From an uncultured Chloroflexia bacterium (GTDB taxonomy: Bacteria; Chloroflexota; Limnocylindria; Limnocylindrales; CSP1-4), in the NCBI GenBank assembly GCA_963783135.1, contig CAWAMH010000006.1, forward strand, positions 21,792-85,791: a stretch of DNA of 64,000 nt, in the 5' to 3' direction. The notes under the pieces were generated by a model that had not been told where the DNA came from, ran no database searches, and saw nothing but the letters and a program-made list of their open reading frames with translations. The position numbers and the translations under genes are program-made. Shown piece after piece: positions 39,756-49,441 of the stretch (position 1 is the stretch's first letter; every line of letters begins with the position of its first letter).

Positions 39756-40224
39756 ATGTCCGACCCATCGAAGCCCGAGTCGCCCGAGAGCGCGCCACCC
39801 AGCCGTCGAGATCGTCCCGACCCCGACCGGGGTGGACACGTCGATCCCCGATGTCCAGGTCCAACGTGGTGCCGTCGGGGCGCTCCAGGCGGGCGAGGTC
39901 GTCGTCTCGGTCGGGGCGATCGGAGCGGCCCGGGCGGAGCGGGTCTCCGTCGAGCTCGGCGCGATCGGCGCGGCCGCGGCCCAGGAGATCCGTGCGTCGA
40001 CGGCCAGCGTCGGCCTCGTCCTCGCCCAGGACGCCCGCTTCGAGCAGGCGCTCGTCCGCTCGGTCCTTGCCCAGCGGGTGACCCTGGGGCGCGGATCCGC
40101 GGCCGGGATCGTCATCGCCGCGCACGCCGACGGCGAAGGCCGGCCGCTGCTCGATTGGCGCGGGGGAGCCGTCGCCGGGACCATCGTCGCCCTCGTCTGG
40201 CTCGTCGTCCGCCGGCTTCGCTGA
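39756..40224 (+). CDS. Small membrane-anchored protein of unknown function, with an apparent frameshift near 39800
   Basis: GAGGAG ribosome-binding site plus an ATG at 39756. The sequence continues in ORF 39832..40224 with a C-terminal TM helix (AVAGTIVALVWLVVRRL). Tentative. Confidence 0.3.
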
Positions 40225-40270
40225 CCTGTCCGAGGCTATACTCAGGGTTCGGTCGGTCGTCACCGGGAAC

Positions 40271-41473
40271 ATGTTCGTCGTCACCCGATCTGGAGTGGAG
40301 CCCGGAGGCACCGTGATCGATCCGTCCGCGCGCAGCGCGAGCGCGCACGTGATCCCGGCGGTGCGGCCCGACGTGGGGCCGGAGGAGTCGGCTGCGGTCG
40401 CCGACGTGCTCCTGTCGGGCGCGACCCAGCCGGGTCGGCGGGTCGACGAGATCGAGGCGCGCTGGGCCGACTACGTCGGGGTCCGTCACGCGGTCGCGGT
40501 GGTCAACGGGACCGTGGCCCGGATGTGCATCCTGGCCGGCATCGGGATCGGACCGGGCGACGAGGTCGTGACCGTCAGTCACACCGTCAATGCCACGGTC
40601 AGCTCGATCCTGTTCACCGGGGCCAGTCCGGTCTTCGTCGACATCGAGCCCGACACGTACCTCATCGACGCCGCCCGGATCGAGGCCGCGCTCACCGCCC
40701 GGACGCGGGCGATCTATCCCGTCCATCTCCACGGGCTCGTGGCCGACATGGACATGATCAGCGCGATCGCCGATCGGCACGGACTGGCGGTCGTCGAGGA
40801 CGGCGGTGGCTCGCACGGGGCGACGTTCCGCGGCCGTCGGGCGGGATCGTGGGGCCATGGCGCATTCGGGCTGTACGGTGCCGGCGAGGGCGGCCTGATC
40901 ACGACCGACGACGACCGCCTCGCCGATTGGATCCGCCGCTACCGCGACCACGGCCGACGCGGCCGCCAGGCCGAGATCCTCGGGTTCGACTTCCGCCTCT
41001 CCGAGGTGGCGGCGGCGATCGGGCTCGTCGGACTCGACCGGCTCGGGTCCGGGATCGCCGCCCGGCGGACCATCGCGGCCCGCTACGACGCGGCGTTCGC
41101 CGACCTGCCGATCCGCCGGCCGCTCGTGCCCGTCGGTCGCAAGCACGTCTTCCATCGCTACACGATCGGTCTCGGATCGGCCCGGGATGCGGTCGCCGCC
41201 GAGCTGGCCGAGCACGGTGTCGAGGTGGCGATCGAGTACCCCGTCCCGATCCACCGCCAGCCGTACGTGCTCGAACGGGGCATCGACGCGGACCTGCCGG
41301 TCACCGACGCGGCCGCCGAAGGCTCGCTCGGCCTGCCGATCTACGCCGGGTTGACCAGTGACGACGAGCGACGCGTCGTCGACGCGGTCCGCGAGGCCGT
41401 CGGTCGTCACGTGAGCGAGCCGGTCCGCGTTCCCAGCCGGGCGCGGGCCCGGGCCACGCCCGCCCGACCGTGA
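40271..41473 (+). CDS. DegT/DnrJ/EryC1/StrS-family sugar aminotransferase homologue lacking the PLP-binding lysine segment
   Basis: Fold-type I aminotransferase conservation across the whole length (AVVNGTVARMCILAGIGIGPGDEVVTVSHTVNAT, AIYPVHLHGL). Where the conserved 'FSFxPxKNL' block should be, the sequence reads GAFGLYGAGEGG, with no lysine. An alternative start is the GTG near 40349. Confidence 0.7.
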   Translation: MFVVTRSGVEPGGTVIDPSARSASAHVIPAVRPDVGPEESAAVADVLLSGATQPGRRVDEIEARWADYVGVRHAVAVVNGTVARMCILAGIGIGPGDEVVTVSHTVNATVSSILFTGASPVFVDIEPDTYLIDAARIEAALTARTRAIYPVHLHGLVADMDMISAIADRHGLAVVEDGGGSHGATFRGRRAGSWGHGAFGLYGAGEGGLITTDDDRLADWIRRYRDHGRRGRQAEILGFDFRLSEVAAAIGLVGLDRLGSGIAARRTIAARYDAAFADLPIRRPLVPVGRKHVFHRYTIGLGSARDAVAAELAEHGVEVAIEYPVPIHRQPYVLERGIDADLPVTDAAAEGSLGLPIYAGLTSDDERRVVDAVREAVGRHVSEPVRVPSRARARATPARP

Positions 41474-42873
41474 CGTCGGCGGGGCCGGTGCCGGGCCGGC
41501 TCCGGGTCGCGATCGTCGCGGCGAACACGTTCGAGTACGAGTCGCGCCTGCTCAAGACCGCTCAGACCCTCGCCGGCGACGGCCACGAGGTGACCGTGGT
41601 GGCGTTCGCCGGCCCGGGTCTGCCGGCGTCGGCCTCGATCGGGCCCCGGATCGAGCTTCGGCGTGTCGAGCTCGACCGGCGGATCGCCGAGGGGCTCCGC
41701 CCGCTGCCGAGCGGCGTCCGGGCGGCCGTCCTCCGCGCGACGGGCCTGGCGGCCGACGCCACGGCGTTGCCGACGCACGGAGGCCCGCGGCATCGATCGG
41801 TTCCGCGCACCGCTCCGCCGGGGCCTCGAGATCCTCGCCACGATCCGGCGTGGGGGATCGTGGGCCCGCGCCGTGGCCGACGCGGCCCCGGGTGCCCAGG
41901 TCGTCCATGCCAAGGCGCTGATCGCGCTGCCGGTCGCCCGCTCGGCGGTGAGGATCACTGCCGGTCGGGACGGACGGTTCGTCTACGACGTCGCCGACCT
42001 CCACACCGAATCGGCCCGACTCGTGCGGCTGCCGGGTGCGCTGCGCGAGCTCGTCCGGCGCCGCGAGGGCCGGCTCGTGCGCGAGGCGGCCGGCGTCCTC
42101 GCCGCGACGCCGGCGATGGCCGCCGAGGTCGCCCGCCGCTTCCGGGTCGTCGAACCGGTCGTGCTGCTGAACTGCCCGCCGGCCTGGCGGCCGGAGATCG
42201 CCGGCGCGATCCGATCGGATCGGCTGGCGGACGCGCTCGGGCTCGGATCCGGACCCGACCGGCGGCCGATCGTCCTGTACCAGGGCGCCTTCCGGGTCGA
42301 TCAGGGCATCGAGGAACTCGTGGCCGCCACGGACGATCCCGCGCTGGTCGCGAGCGGCGCGCTCGTCGCGTTCCTGGGCTTCGGCCACCTCGAGGGGTGG
42401 CTGCGGGCCGAGGCGGCCCGTCGGCCCGACCGGCTGGCGGTCCTGCCGGCGGTCCCCGAGGCCGAGCTCCTGGACTGGACCGCCGGCGCCGACGTCGCCT
42501 TCGTCGGGGCCCCGCCCCGGACCCTCAACCAGCGACTGACCTTGCCGAACAAGCTCTTCCAGTCGTTGATGGCCGGAGTCCCGATCGTCGTCGGGACCGG
42601 GACCGAGCACTGCCGGCTCACGGAGGCGGAGGTCGTCGGGCCGCTGCTGTGACGTGGACGCGCCGGCATCGATCGCGGCCGCCGTCGCCGACCTGCTCGC
42701 GATGGATCCGGCCGAACGCGAGGCGCTGCGGGCCCGGTGCCGGACGATCGCGCTCGAGAAGTACAGCTGGGAGACGACCCGGGGTGGGCTCGTCGAGCTC
42801 TATCGCCGCCTGGCGGACACTGGCGACGCGAGCGGCTGGGGCTCCGCTGCCGACGCTCGAGGCGCAGCCATGA
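41470..42873 (+). CDS. GT4 (GT-B fold) glycosyltransferase with a long disordered insertion; about 3 apparent frameshifts near 41775, 42645 and 42830
   Basis: N-domain RVAIVAANTFEYESRLLKTAQTLAGDGHEVTVVAF. C-domain in ORF 41663..42652 (PIVLYQGAFRVDQGIEEL, EX7E-like region, GVPIVV). The tail continues in frame 0 (CDVDAPASIAAAVADLL...YSWETT...ELYRRL) and the stop probably overlaps the next gene as ATGA at 42870-42873. Confidence 0.6.
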   Translation: MTSAGPVPGRLRVAIVAANTFEYESRLLKTAQTLAGDGHEVTVVAFAGPGLPASASIGPRIELRRVELDRRIAEGLRPLPSGVRAAVLRATGLAADATALPTHGGPRHRSVPRTAPPGPRDPRHDPAWGIVGPRRGRRGPGCPGRPCQGADRAAGRPLGGEDHCRSGRTVRLRRRRPPHRIGPTRAAAGCAARARPAPRGPARARGGRRPRRDAGDGRRGRPPLPGRRTGRAAELPAGLAAGDRRRDPIGSAGGRARARIRTRPAADRPVPGRLPGRSGHRGTRGRHGRSRAGRERRARRVPGLRPPRGVAAGRGGPSARPAGGPAGGPRGRAPGLDRRRRRRLRRGPAPDPQPATDLAEQALPVVDGRSPDRRRDRDRALPAHGGGGRRAAAVTWTRRHRSRPPSPTCSRWIRPNARRCGPGAGRSRSRSTAGRRPGVGSSSSIAAWRTLATRAAGAPLPTLEAQP

Positions 42874-44264
42874 GCGCCGTCTCCGGGTCCGCCCCGCGTC
42901 CGGCGGGCGACGCACGACGCGGATCGCATTGCTCCTCAACAACGGGTTCGTCGCAGACTCGCGCTCCTGGAAGCTCGCCCGCAGCCTGGCCGACCGCGGG
43001 CTGGACCGTCACCGTGGTGGCGCGGACGGGCGAGGGGCTCCCGGCGCGGGAGGACCGTGACGGGTTCCGGGTGGTCCGGATCGCCCAGCCACGGCCGCTC
43101 CGCTGGCTGCCGTCACCGCATCTGCCGGAGGCCGCGACGGGCGATCCTCGACGTCCGGCGTCGGCGTCGGCGCCGAGCGGCCCGTTCCCAGCTCGGCGGA
43201 GGTCGCTCCTCGGCCGTGCGCGGTCGGTCGCGATCGAGCTCGTCGGGCGGCCCGTCCAGGCGGTGCGCTACCTGCGCCTCACCCGCCTGTGGGCCGAACG
43301 CATCGGCGCGGACGTCCCGGCCGTGGACATCTGGCAGGCCGAGGGGATGATCACGCTGCCGGTCGCCCTCGCCCTGCGCCGCCGGCGTGGTGGGCGGGTC
43401 GTCTACGACGCGCGCGACCTCCAGGTCGACAGTACCCGGTTCGCGCGGCTGCCCGGTCCGTGGCGCCGGCTCCTTGCCCGTCGCGAGCGCAGCTGGGCGC
43501 GCTCGGCGGATGCGACGATCACGGCCAACGAGCCGTACGCCGACGTCCTTCGGCGGAAACAGGGGATCGATGCGACGGTCGTGTTCAACGGCCCGGTCGG
43601 GACCGACCCGGAGACGGACGCGGCCGGCGCCTCGTCGACCTCGGCTGGAGCGGCGATCCGGGAGCGACTGGCCATCCCGGCGTCGATCCCGATCGTGCTC
43701 TGCCTGGGCAATGTCGCGCCCGGTCGGGGCGTCGAGCAGCTGTGCCGAGCCATGGCCGAGGTCCCCGTGGCGGTGCTCCTCGTGGTCGGTCCCGGTGGCC
43801 CGTTCCGTGAGCAGGTCCGGGCGGAGGCCGCGACGCTGCCGCACGCCGATCGGATCCGGTTCCTGCCGGGTGTCGCGCCCGAGGAGATCCCGGCCTGGAC
43901 GGCCGCTGCCGACGTGGCCGCGATGCCGATCCAGCCGACGACCCTCAACCACCGCCTGACGACGCCCACGCGGTTGTTCGACGCGCTCGGTGCCGGCGTC
44001 CCGATCGTCGCGTCCGATCTGCCCGGGATGGCCGCGATCGTCCGGGCGACCGGAGCCGGCGTGGTGTGCGATCCGGCGGATCCGAACGCGATCGCTGCGG
44101 CGATCCGGGAGATCCTCGAGGCGTCCCCCGAGCGCCGGGCGGCCTATCGTCGGGCGTCGCTCGCCGCGGGCCACGGGGTCTACGCCTGGGAGCGCCAGGT
44201 CGAGGCGCTGCTCGGCGTCTACCGTCGGCTGGGGACTGCGACTCCGTCGCCGCGCCGCGACTAG
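42870..44264 (+). CDS. GT4 glycosyltransferase, paralogue of the preceding gene; about 2 apparent frameshifts near 42920 and 42995
   Basis: MSAVSGSAPRPAGDARR followed by RIALLLNNGFVADSRSWKLARSLADRG in frame 2, then WTVTVVARTGE and the rest in frame 0. C-domain motifs PIVLCLGNVAPGRGVEQL and GVPIVASDLPGM. Confidence 0.6.
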   Translation: MSAVSGSAPRPAGDARRGSHCSSTTGSSQTRAPGSSPAAWPTAGWTVTVVARTGEGLPAREDRDGFRVVRIAQPRPLRWLPSPHLPEAATGDPRRPASASAPSGPFPARRRSLLGRARSVAIELVGRPVQAVRYLRLTRLWAERIGADVPAVDIWQAEGMITLPVALALRRRRGGRVVYDARDLQVDSTRFARLPGPWRRLLARRERSWARSADATITANEPYADVLRRKQGIDATVVFNGPVGTDPETDAAGASSTSAGAAIRERLAIPASIPIVLCLGNVAPGRGVEQLCRAMAEVPVAVLLVVGPGGPFREQVRAEAATLPHADRIRFLPGVAPEEIPAWTAAADVAAMPIQPTTLNHRLTTPTRLFDALGAGVPIVASDLPGMAAIVRATGAGVVCDPADPNAIAAAIREILEASPERRAAYRRASLAAGHGVYAWERQVEALLGVYRRLGTATPSPRRD

Positions 44265-44307
44265 CCCCGAGTCCGGGCGCGGACTCGGGGCTGGCGCCGA
44301 TCCCTGT

Positions 44308-45159
44308 CTAGCGCCGCCCCGCCGAACCGGCGGCGCCGGGGACCGCGGCGAACCGCTGTGCGTCCTCCTCGGCCAGCAGCTTCCGCTGGGCGACCCGCTC
44401 GCGGTACAGATCGACGATCGCTCCCGGATCGCCCTCCTGGATGATCGTGCCCTTCTCGAGCAGGATCGCCCGGTTGCAGAACTCGGCCACGAAGGTGAGG
44501 TCGTGGGTCACCAGGACGATCGCTTTCGCCCGGTTGACGAGCTCGCGGACCCGGGCCTGGCTGCGTGCCCGGAACGTCTGGTCGCCGGTCCCGAGGACCT
44601 CGTCGAGCAGCAGGATGTCGGGTGTGATCGCGGTCGCGATCGAGAACCCGAGTCGGGCGCGCATCCCCGTCGAGTACGTCTTGACCGGCGCATCGATGAA
44701 CTGGCCGATGTCGGCGAACTCGATGATCGACGGCGCGAGCTCGTCCATCTGGTCCTGGTCGATCCCGAGGAACGCCCCGGCCAGGTCGATGTTGTCGCGG
44801 CCGGTCAGCTCGTGCTCGAAGCCGGCCCCGAGCGTCAGCAGCGTCGACACCCGACCGTGGGTCAGGATCTCGCCTTCGGTCGGCTCGAGGATCCCGGCGA
44901 GCGCGAGCAGGAGCGTGCTCTTGCCGGCGCCGTTCGGCCCGATCACCGCGAGCGATTCGCCCTGGGCGAGCTTGAACGACAGGTGACGCAGCGCCCAGAA
45001 GTGGTTCTCCCGGCCGGCGTCGCGGCGGAGCATCCCGGCCAGGGATCCCTTGAGCGTCGTCCGCTTCGTGAGGCGCAGGTCGTAGCGGATGCCGAGGTCG
45101 CGGATGTCGACCGCCGGCTCGGCCTCGCGGCCGACCTCCTGCTGGATCATCGGGTCCAT
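44308..45159 (-). CDS. wzt: ABC transporter ATP-binding protein, polysaccharide export type (Wzt/TagH/KpsT-like), short form without a C-terminal carbohydrate-binding domain
   Basis: Walker A GPNGAGKST, ABC signature YSTGMRARL and Walker B ILLLDEVLGTGD. Size and N-terminal region are typical of Wzt/TagH. Confidence 0.85.
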   Translation of the reverse strand: MDPMIQQEVGREAEPAVDIRDLGIRYDLRLTKRTTLKGSLAGMLRRDAGRENHFWALRHLSFKLAQGESLAVIGPNGAGKSTLLLALAGILEPTEGEILTHGRVSTLLTLGAGFEHELTGRDNIDLAGAFLGIDQDQMDELAPSIIEFADIGQFIDAPVKTYSTGMRARLGFSIATAITPDILLLDEVLGTGDQTFRARSQARVRELVNRAKAIVLVTHDLTFVAEFCNRAILLEKGTIIQEGDPGAIVDLYRERVAQRKLLAEEDAQRFAAVPGAAGSAGRR

Positions 45160-46019
45160 CACAGGATCCTCGCGAACGCCGGCTCGGCGCGCTTGAAGAT
45201 GTAGATCGCGACGAGCAGCAGCCCGAGCGAGAACACGAGGAGAAGGGCCAGCCCGAACCAGTCCGGCGGGCTGGTGCCCCAGGTCACGGCTCGGTACGAG
45301 TCGAACAGGACGGCGAACGGGTTGAGCGACAGGATCGTGTACAGCTGCGGGTGCGACTTCGCGATCACGTCGAGCGAGTAGAGCGCCGGCGACAGGTAGA
45401 ACCACAACCGGAGCACGTGGCGCAGGACGTTCTGGATGTCGCGGAAGAACGCGTTCAGCGATGACGAACAGGACGCCCATCGCCATCGTGAACACGAACT
45501 GGACACCCGCGATCAGCGGCAGGGTCAGGATCCAGAGCGCTGATCCGCTGCGGGTAGAAGAGCGTAGACGATCGCCAGTGCGATGAGTCCGAACACGAAG
45601 CTGACCGTGCCCGCGACCACGGCCGACGTGGGTAGCACGATCTTCGGGAACTGGACCTGGCGGATGAGGCTCTGGCGGCCGGTGACCGACAGCGTCGCCT
45701 CGTTGAGGGTCGTGCTGAACCACTTCCACGGCAGGATCGCCGCGAACAGGAACAGCGGGTAGTCCGGGATCGTCTTCTGGAAGATGATCGTGACCAGGAC
45801 GTAGTAGACGGCCATCTGGAGGAGCGGATCGATGATCCACCAGAGCTGGCCGAAGGCCGTGTCGGCGTGCGTCCGCTTGAGCTCCGCCCCGACGAGGTAG
45901 CGCGTCAGCCGGCGTCGGCCGAGGATCTCGCCGATGCCGGCCCGGACCAGGGCGATGGCGCCGCGCCGACGGACGGAGGGTCGCGGGGAGGCGATCGCCT
46001 CGGTGGTGGGAGCGCTCAT
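45159..46019 (-). CDS. wzm: ABC-2 type polysaccharide export permease (Wzm/TagG-like), with about 2 apparent frameshifts near 45480 and 45540
   Basis: N-terminal part in ORF 45525..46019 (LKRTHADTAFGQLWWIIDPLLQMAVYYVLV). C-terminal part in ORF 45159..45506 (FFRDIQNVLRHVLRLWFYLSPALY). ATGA overlap with wzt. Confidence 0.7.
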
Positions 46020-46046
46020 GAGCGTGCGTACGGTAGCACTTGTCGG

Positions 46047-47531
46047 TCAGGAGCCATCGAGCAGCCGCGTGTAGAGCTCGAACAGCACGTCCACCTGGTG
46101 CTCCCAGTCGTAGACGGCTCCGGCGGCCGCACAGCGCGCCAGCAGGGCCGCCCGATCGGGCTCCGACGCGTCGAGGATCGCCCGGATGCCACGGCCGATA
46201 TCGGCCGGATCGGTCGGATCCACGAGCTCGCCGCAGCGCGTCTCGCGGACCACCTGGGACATCCCGGGCAGGTCCGACGCGACGACCGGGACCCCGGCCG
46301 CGATCGCCTCCCAGAGCTTGTTCGGCGTCGTGAAGCGATGGTTGAGCGAGGTCGGCTGGATGGCCATCAGCATGACGTCGGCGGAGGCCGTCCAGTCGAG
46401 GAGCTCGGCCGGCAGGGCCGGTCCGATGACCCGAACCCGATCGGCATAGCGGGGCGTGGCGGCGAGCCGGCGGATGTCAGTCTCGTGCGAGCCGAAGCCC
46501 ATCAGCACGAGCACTGCGTCCGGGACCGCCAGGATCGCCTCCATCCCCTGCTCGATGCCCCGGTCGCTCATCAGCCCGCCCTGGTAGAGGACGATCCGGG
46601 TCGAGGCCGGCAGGTCCAACCGCCGGCGGAGCAAGTCGGGCGCGGGGCTGGGCCGCACGTAGCGACGGGGCGTATTGCGCACGACCGGCGGGATCGGCAC
46701 CCGGAGCTGACCGGCGAGGATCCGGGCATACGCGTCGTTGACCGTGAGGATCGCATCGGCACGGCGGGCCCAGCGCCGCTCGAGCCGCCCGAGCAGCGAC
46801 TTCCAACCGCGGCCCATCGTCTCGACCCCACGGGCGTGGACGTAGATGTCGCGACTGTCGTAGATCGTCCGACCGCCGTGACGCCGGCGGAGCCGATCGA
46901 GTGCCGGCAGTGAGGCGGCCCACATCCCGTGCCACAGGTCCGCCGGGTCCGCGGTGTCGGCCAGGGCGACCGCCCAGCCCATCGGCCGGAGCGGGAACAG
47001 GACGAGCCGGCGGCGCCAGACGCCGAGGTCGTTCGAGACGATCCGGGCCCGCCGCAGCGGCCAGCCGAACACGGTCCCACGCATCGACCGCGGCAGGTGG
47101 TCCACCCAGCGTCCCTGCGCGGGTGCGGTCGATCCTGCCGGCTCGGAGTCCGGCGCCGGAGCCGATCCCGGTCCGCTGGCAGCGGACACTGGCGCCGCAT
47201 CGCGATCCTGTCGCGCCGCATCACGACCCGGTGCGGCTCCCGATGCAGCGTCCGCCGACCGCCCGGCGGACAGGATCGCGCGAAGACGCCGACGACCCCT
47301 CCCGCGCAGGCCCGGGATCGCCAGCTCGGCCAGCGCCGGGACGCGCACGATCCGATAGCCGCGGCCCTCGGACTCCAGCGCGACCCCCGGCTCCCAGCGG
47401 GCGTAGACCACGACGTCATAGCCGCGCTCGACGGCCGACTCGGCCATGCGCTCCGTCCGCGAATCGAACTGGCCGGTGGAGTAGGTGAGGTAGGCGATCC
47501 GCCGCCGCGACCCCGGCGCCTCCTCGCTCAC
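46047..47531 (-). CDS. GT4 glycosyltransferase, third paralogue of the same subfamily, intact
   Basis: The likely GTG start (VSEEAPGSRRRIAYLTYSTGQFDSR...) overlaps the upstream stop as GTGA. C-domain IVLYQGGLMSDRGIEQ and GVPVVASDLPGM. The domain order is the same as the paralogues at 41470 and 42870. Confidence 0.7.
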   Translation of the reverse strand: MSEEAPGSRRRIAYLTYSTGQFDSRTERMAESAVERGYDVVVYARWEPGVALESEGRGYRIVRVPALAELAIPGLRGRGRRRLRAILSAGRSADAASGAAPGRDAARQDRDAAPVSAASGPGSAPAPDSEPAGSTAPAQGRWVDHLPRSMRGTVFGWPLRRARIVSNDLGVWRRRLVLFPLRPMGWAVALADTADPADLWHGMWAASLPALDRLRRRHGGRTIYDSRDIYVHARGVETMGRGWKSLLGRLERRWARRADAILTVNDAYARILAGQLRVPIPPVVRNTPRRYVRPSPAPDLLRRRLDLPASTRIVLYQGGLMSDRGIEQGMEAILAVPDAVLVLMGFGSHETDIRRLAATPRYADRVRVIGPALPAELLDWTASADVMLMAIQPTSLNHRFTTPNKLWEAIAAGVPVVASDLPGMSQVVRETRCGELVDPTDPADIGRGIRAILDASEPDRAALLARCAAAGAVYDWEHQVDVLFELYTRLLDGS

Positions 47532-49264
47532 ACGACACCCAGGCGTTCGTACAGCGCCCGATAGCGCGCCCCGTTCTGGCGCCACGTCCGATTCTCGGCG
47601 ACCCACATCCGGGCCGATCGACCGAGGCGCTCGCGCTCGGCCGGATCGTCGAGCAGCGGTTCGAGCACATCGGCGAGCGCGATCGGATCCTCGGGCCGGA
47701 ACGAGCGACCCGTCTCGCCGTCGTGGACGATCTCGAGCAGCGCCCCGACCTCGCTCACGACGAGCGCGCGCTCCATCGCCATCGCCTCGTAGGGCTTCAA
47801 CGGCGTGACGAGCTGCGACACGCGGTCGTTCGTGCGCGGGACGACGAACACGTCGATGAGCCGGTAGTAGTCGAGGACCTGGTCGTGGGGGACCCGTCCG
47901 GTGAAGATCACGGTCCCGTCGTCGACCCCGGCCGCGGTGGCCGTCGCCTCGAGCGCCGCGCGCTCCTCGCCGTCGCCGACAAGGAGGCAGCGGACGCGGC
48001 GACCGCGTCGGCGCAGCTCGGCCGTCGCCTCGATGAGGTAGCGGATCCCCTCGTAGCCGGTGAAGCTCGAGATGTAGCCGATGACCGGGTCCGTCCCGAC
48101 CCCGACCCGGGTGGCCAGCGCGGGGTCGCGCGGCCCAGGGACGAACCGGTCGACGTCGACCCCGTTCGGGACCACGACCACGCGATCGGGGTCGGTCCCG
48201 CCGCGGTCGAGGATGTCCGCGCGCATCGTCTCGGACAGGGTCACGACGGCGTCGGCGTCGCGCATGCAGGCGGTCTCGACGTCACGGGACGCGCGGTAGC
48301 GGTCGCTCTCGGCGACATCGGTGTCGGCCCGCGATCGCCACGTCTCCTCGAGGAAGCCGCGGACCTCGTAGACGACCGGGATCCCGTACCGGTCGCGCAG
48401 CGCGAGCGCCACCTGGGCGTTGACGTGGTTCGAGGCCGGCTGGAGGACGGCGGGCCGGAGCTGCTCGACGAGCGCCGTGGCGGCCTCGGCCTCCGCACGG
48501 ACCAGGTCGTCGATCGGCGTGGCGGGGTCGAGATCGGGCAGGATCCGGTGGTACGTGACCCCGTCCACGACCGATGTCGGCGGCGCCCCGCGGATCCCCT
48601 CGTTGCGCGGGAACGCGGCTCGGGTGGCCATCCGCGGGTCGAGCCCGGCGTCGATCTGGCAGCGGGCCACCTGCTGGGCGCGGACGGTGTAGCCGGCCTC
48701 GCGGTACGGCAGCGAGTTCGTGAGGAGGTGGAGGACCCGCCCGGGGATCGGCGTGGGTCGTTCGGAGACGACATCGAGCGTCGGTCGCCAGCCAGGGGTG
48801 AGCACCGTGAGCTCGGCCCGGGCCCGATCGCGGATCGTCGCCGCGGTCAGGTCGCGCGGGCGTAGCTCGGCCGCGCGGGTCGCCCGCTCGGCGGCGGACG
48901 TGTAGCGGCCGAGCTGGAGGTCGACCTCCGCCCGGAGGACGAGCTCGGCCGGGTCGTCCTCGGGTGGGAGGGCGTCGAGCAGTCCCGCCGCGGTCCCACG
49001 TGCCCCGATCTCGAGGCACGCCCGGGCGAGCCGGATCGTTCCCGACCGGCGGATCCGGGGCTCGCGCCCGGCGCGCTCGGCATAGGCCGCCGCGTCCGCC
49101 GTCGATGCGGTCCAGCGCAGGCCCAGCGTCCGGAAGGTCGGGCCGCTCGGGCTCTTCGGGCCACCCAGGATGAACGCTCGGTGTGACAGGGCGAGGAAGG
49201 TCCGGCCGACGAGTCGTCGGCGCGGCGGCGCGAGGCCGTCGGTCAGCCGGACGATCAACCGCAT
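47528..49264 (-). CDS. GT4 glycosyltransferase with an N-terminal helical (TPR-like) extension of about 190 aa
   Basis: ATG at about 49262-49264 (MRLIVRLTDG...). C-terminal region has a classic GT4 signature (GRVLHLLTNSLPYREAGYT, VVPNGVDVDRF, EAMAMERALVVSEVGALLEIV). Confidence 0.75.
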   Translation of the reverse strand: MRLIVRLTDGLAPPRRRLVGRTFLALSHRAFILGGPKSPSGPTFRTLGLRWTASTADAAAYAERAGREPRIRRSGTIRLARACLEIGARGTAAGLLDALPPEDDPAELVLRAEVDLQLGRYTSAAERATRAAELRPRDLTAATIRDRARAELTVLTPGWRPTLDVVSERPTPIPGRVLHLLTNSLPYREAGYTVRAQQVARCQIDAGLDPRMATRAAFPRNEGIRGAPPTSVVDGVTYHRILPDLDPATPIDDLVRAEAEAATALVEQLRPAVLQPASNHVNAQVALALRDRYGIPVVYEVRGFLEETWRSRADTDVAESDRYRASRDVETACMRDADAVVTLSETMRADILDRGGTDPDRVVVVPNGVDVDRFVPGPRDPALATRVGVGTDPVIGYISSFTGYEGIRYLIEATAELRRRGRRVRCLLVGDGEERAALEATATAAGVDDGTVIFTGRVPHDQVLDYYRLIDVFVVPRTNDRVSQLVTPLKPYEAMAMERALVVSEVGALLEIVHDGETGRSFRPEDPIALADVLEPLLDDPAERERLGRSARMWVAENRTWRQNGARYRALYERLGVV

Positions 49265-49441
49265 CTTGTGCGAGCGAAGGACCTCGAGTGCCGAGCCAGG
49301 GTCGGCGATCGCGTGGCGGAGGGCCGCACCCGGGCCCGTCGGTCGGCTCAACGGACGGCGTCGAGCCCGCCCGGTTTCGGGGATACTGCGCCGAAGGCCG
49401 CGGCGCAGGCGTCGACCGTCGGGCCGAACGGGAAGGGGACC

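Noticed and set aside
39237-40316. 359-aa plus-strand ORF spanning the DUF3048/degT intergenic region
   Set aside because: It reads through a divergent promoter region and the real small gene in the wrong frame. The translation is Arg/Gly/Pro nonsense. Only the short ATG-initiated segment at 39756 together with ORF 39832..40224 is plausible.
42654-44264. Single 536-aa frame-0 ORF that would fuse the C-terminus of one GT4 to the next GT4
   Set aside because: The second enzyme's conserved N-domain begins at the ATG at 42870 and shares the paralogue architecture. A frame-1 TGA at 42871-42873 gives a classic ATGA overlap. Two separate genes, with a frameshift hiding the first stop, is the more parsimonious reading.
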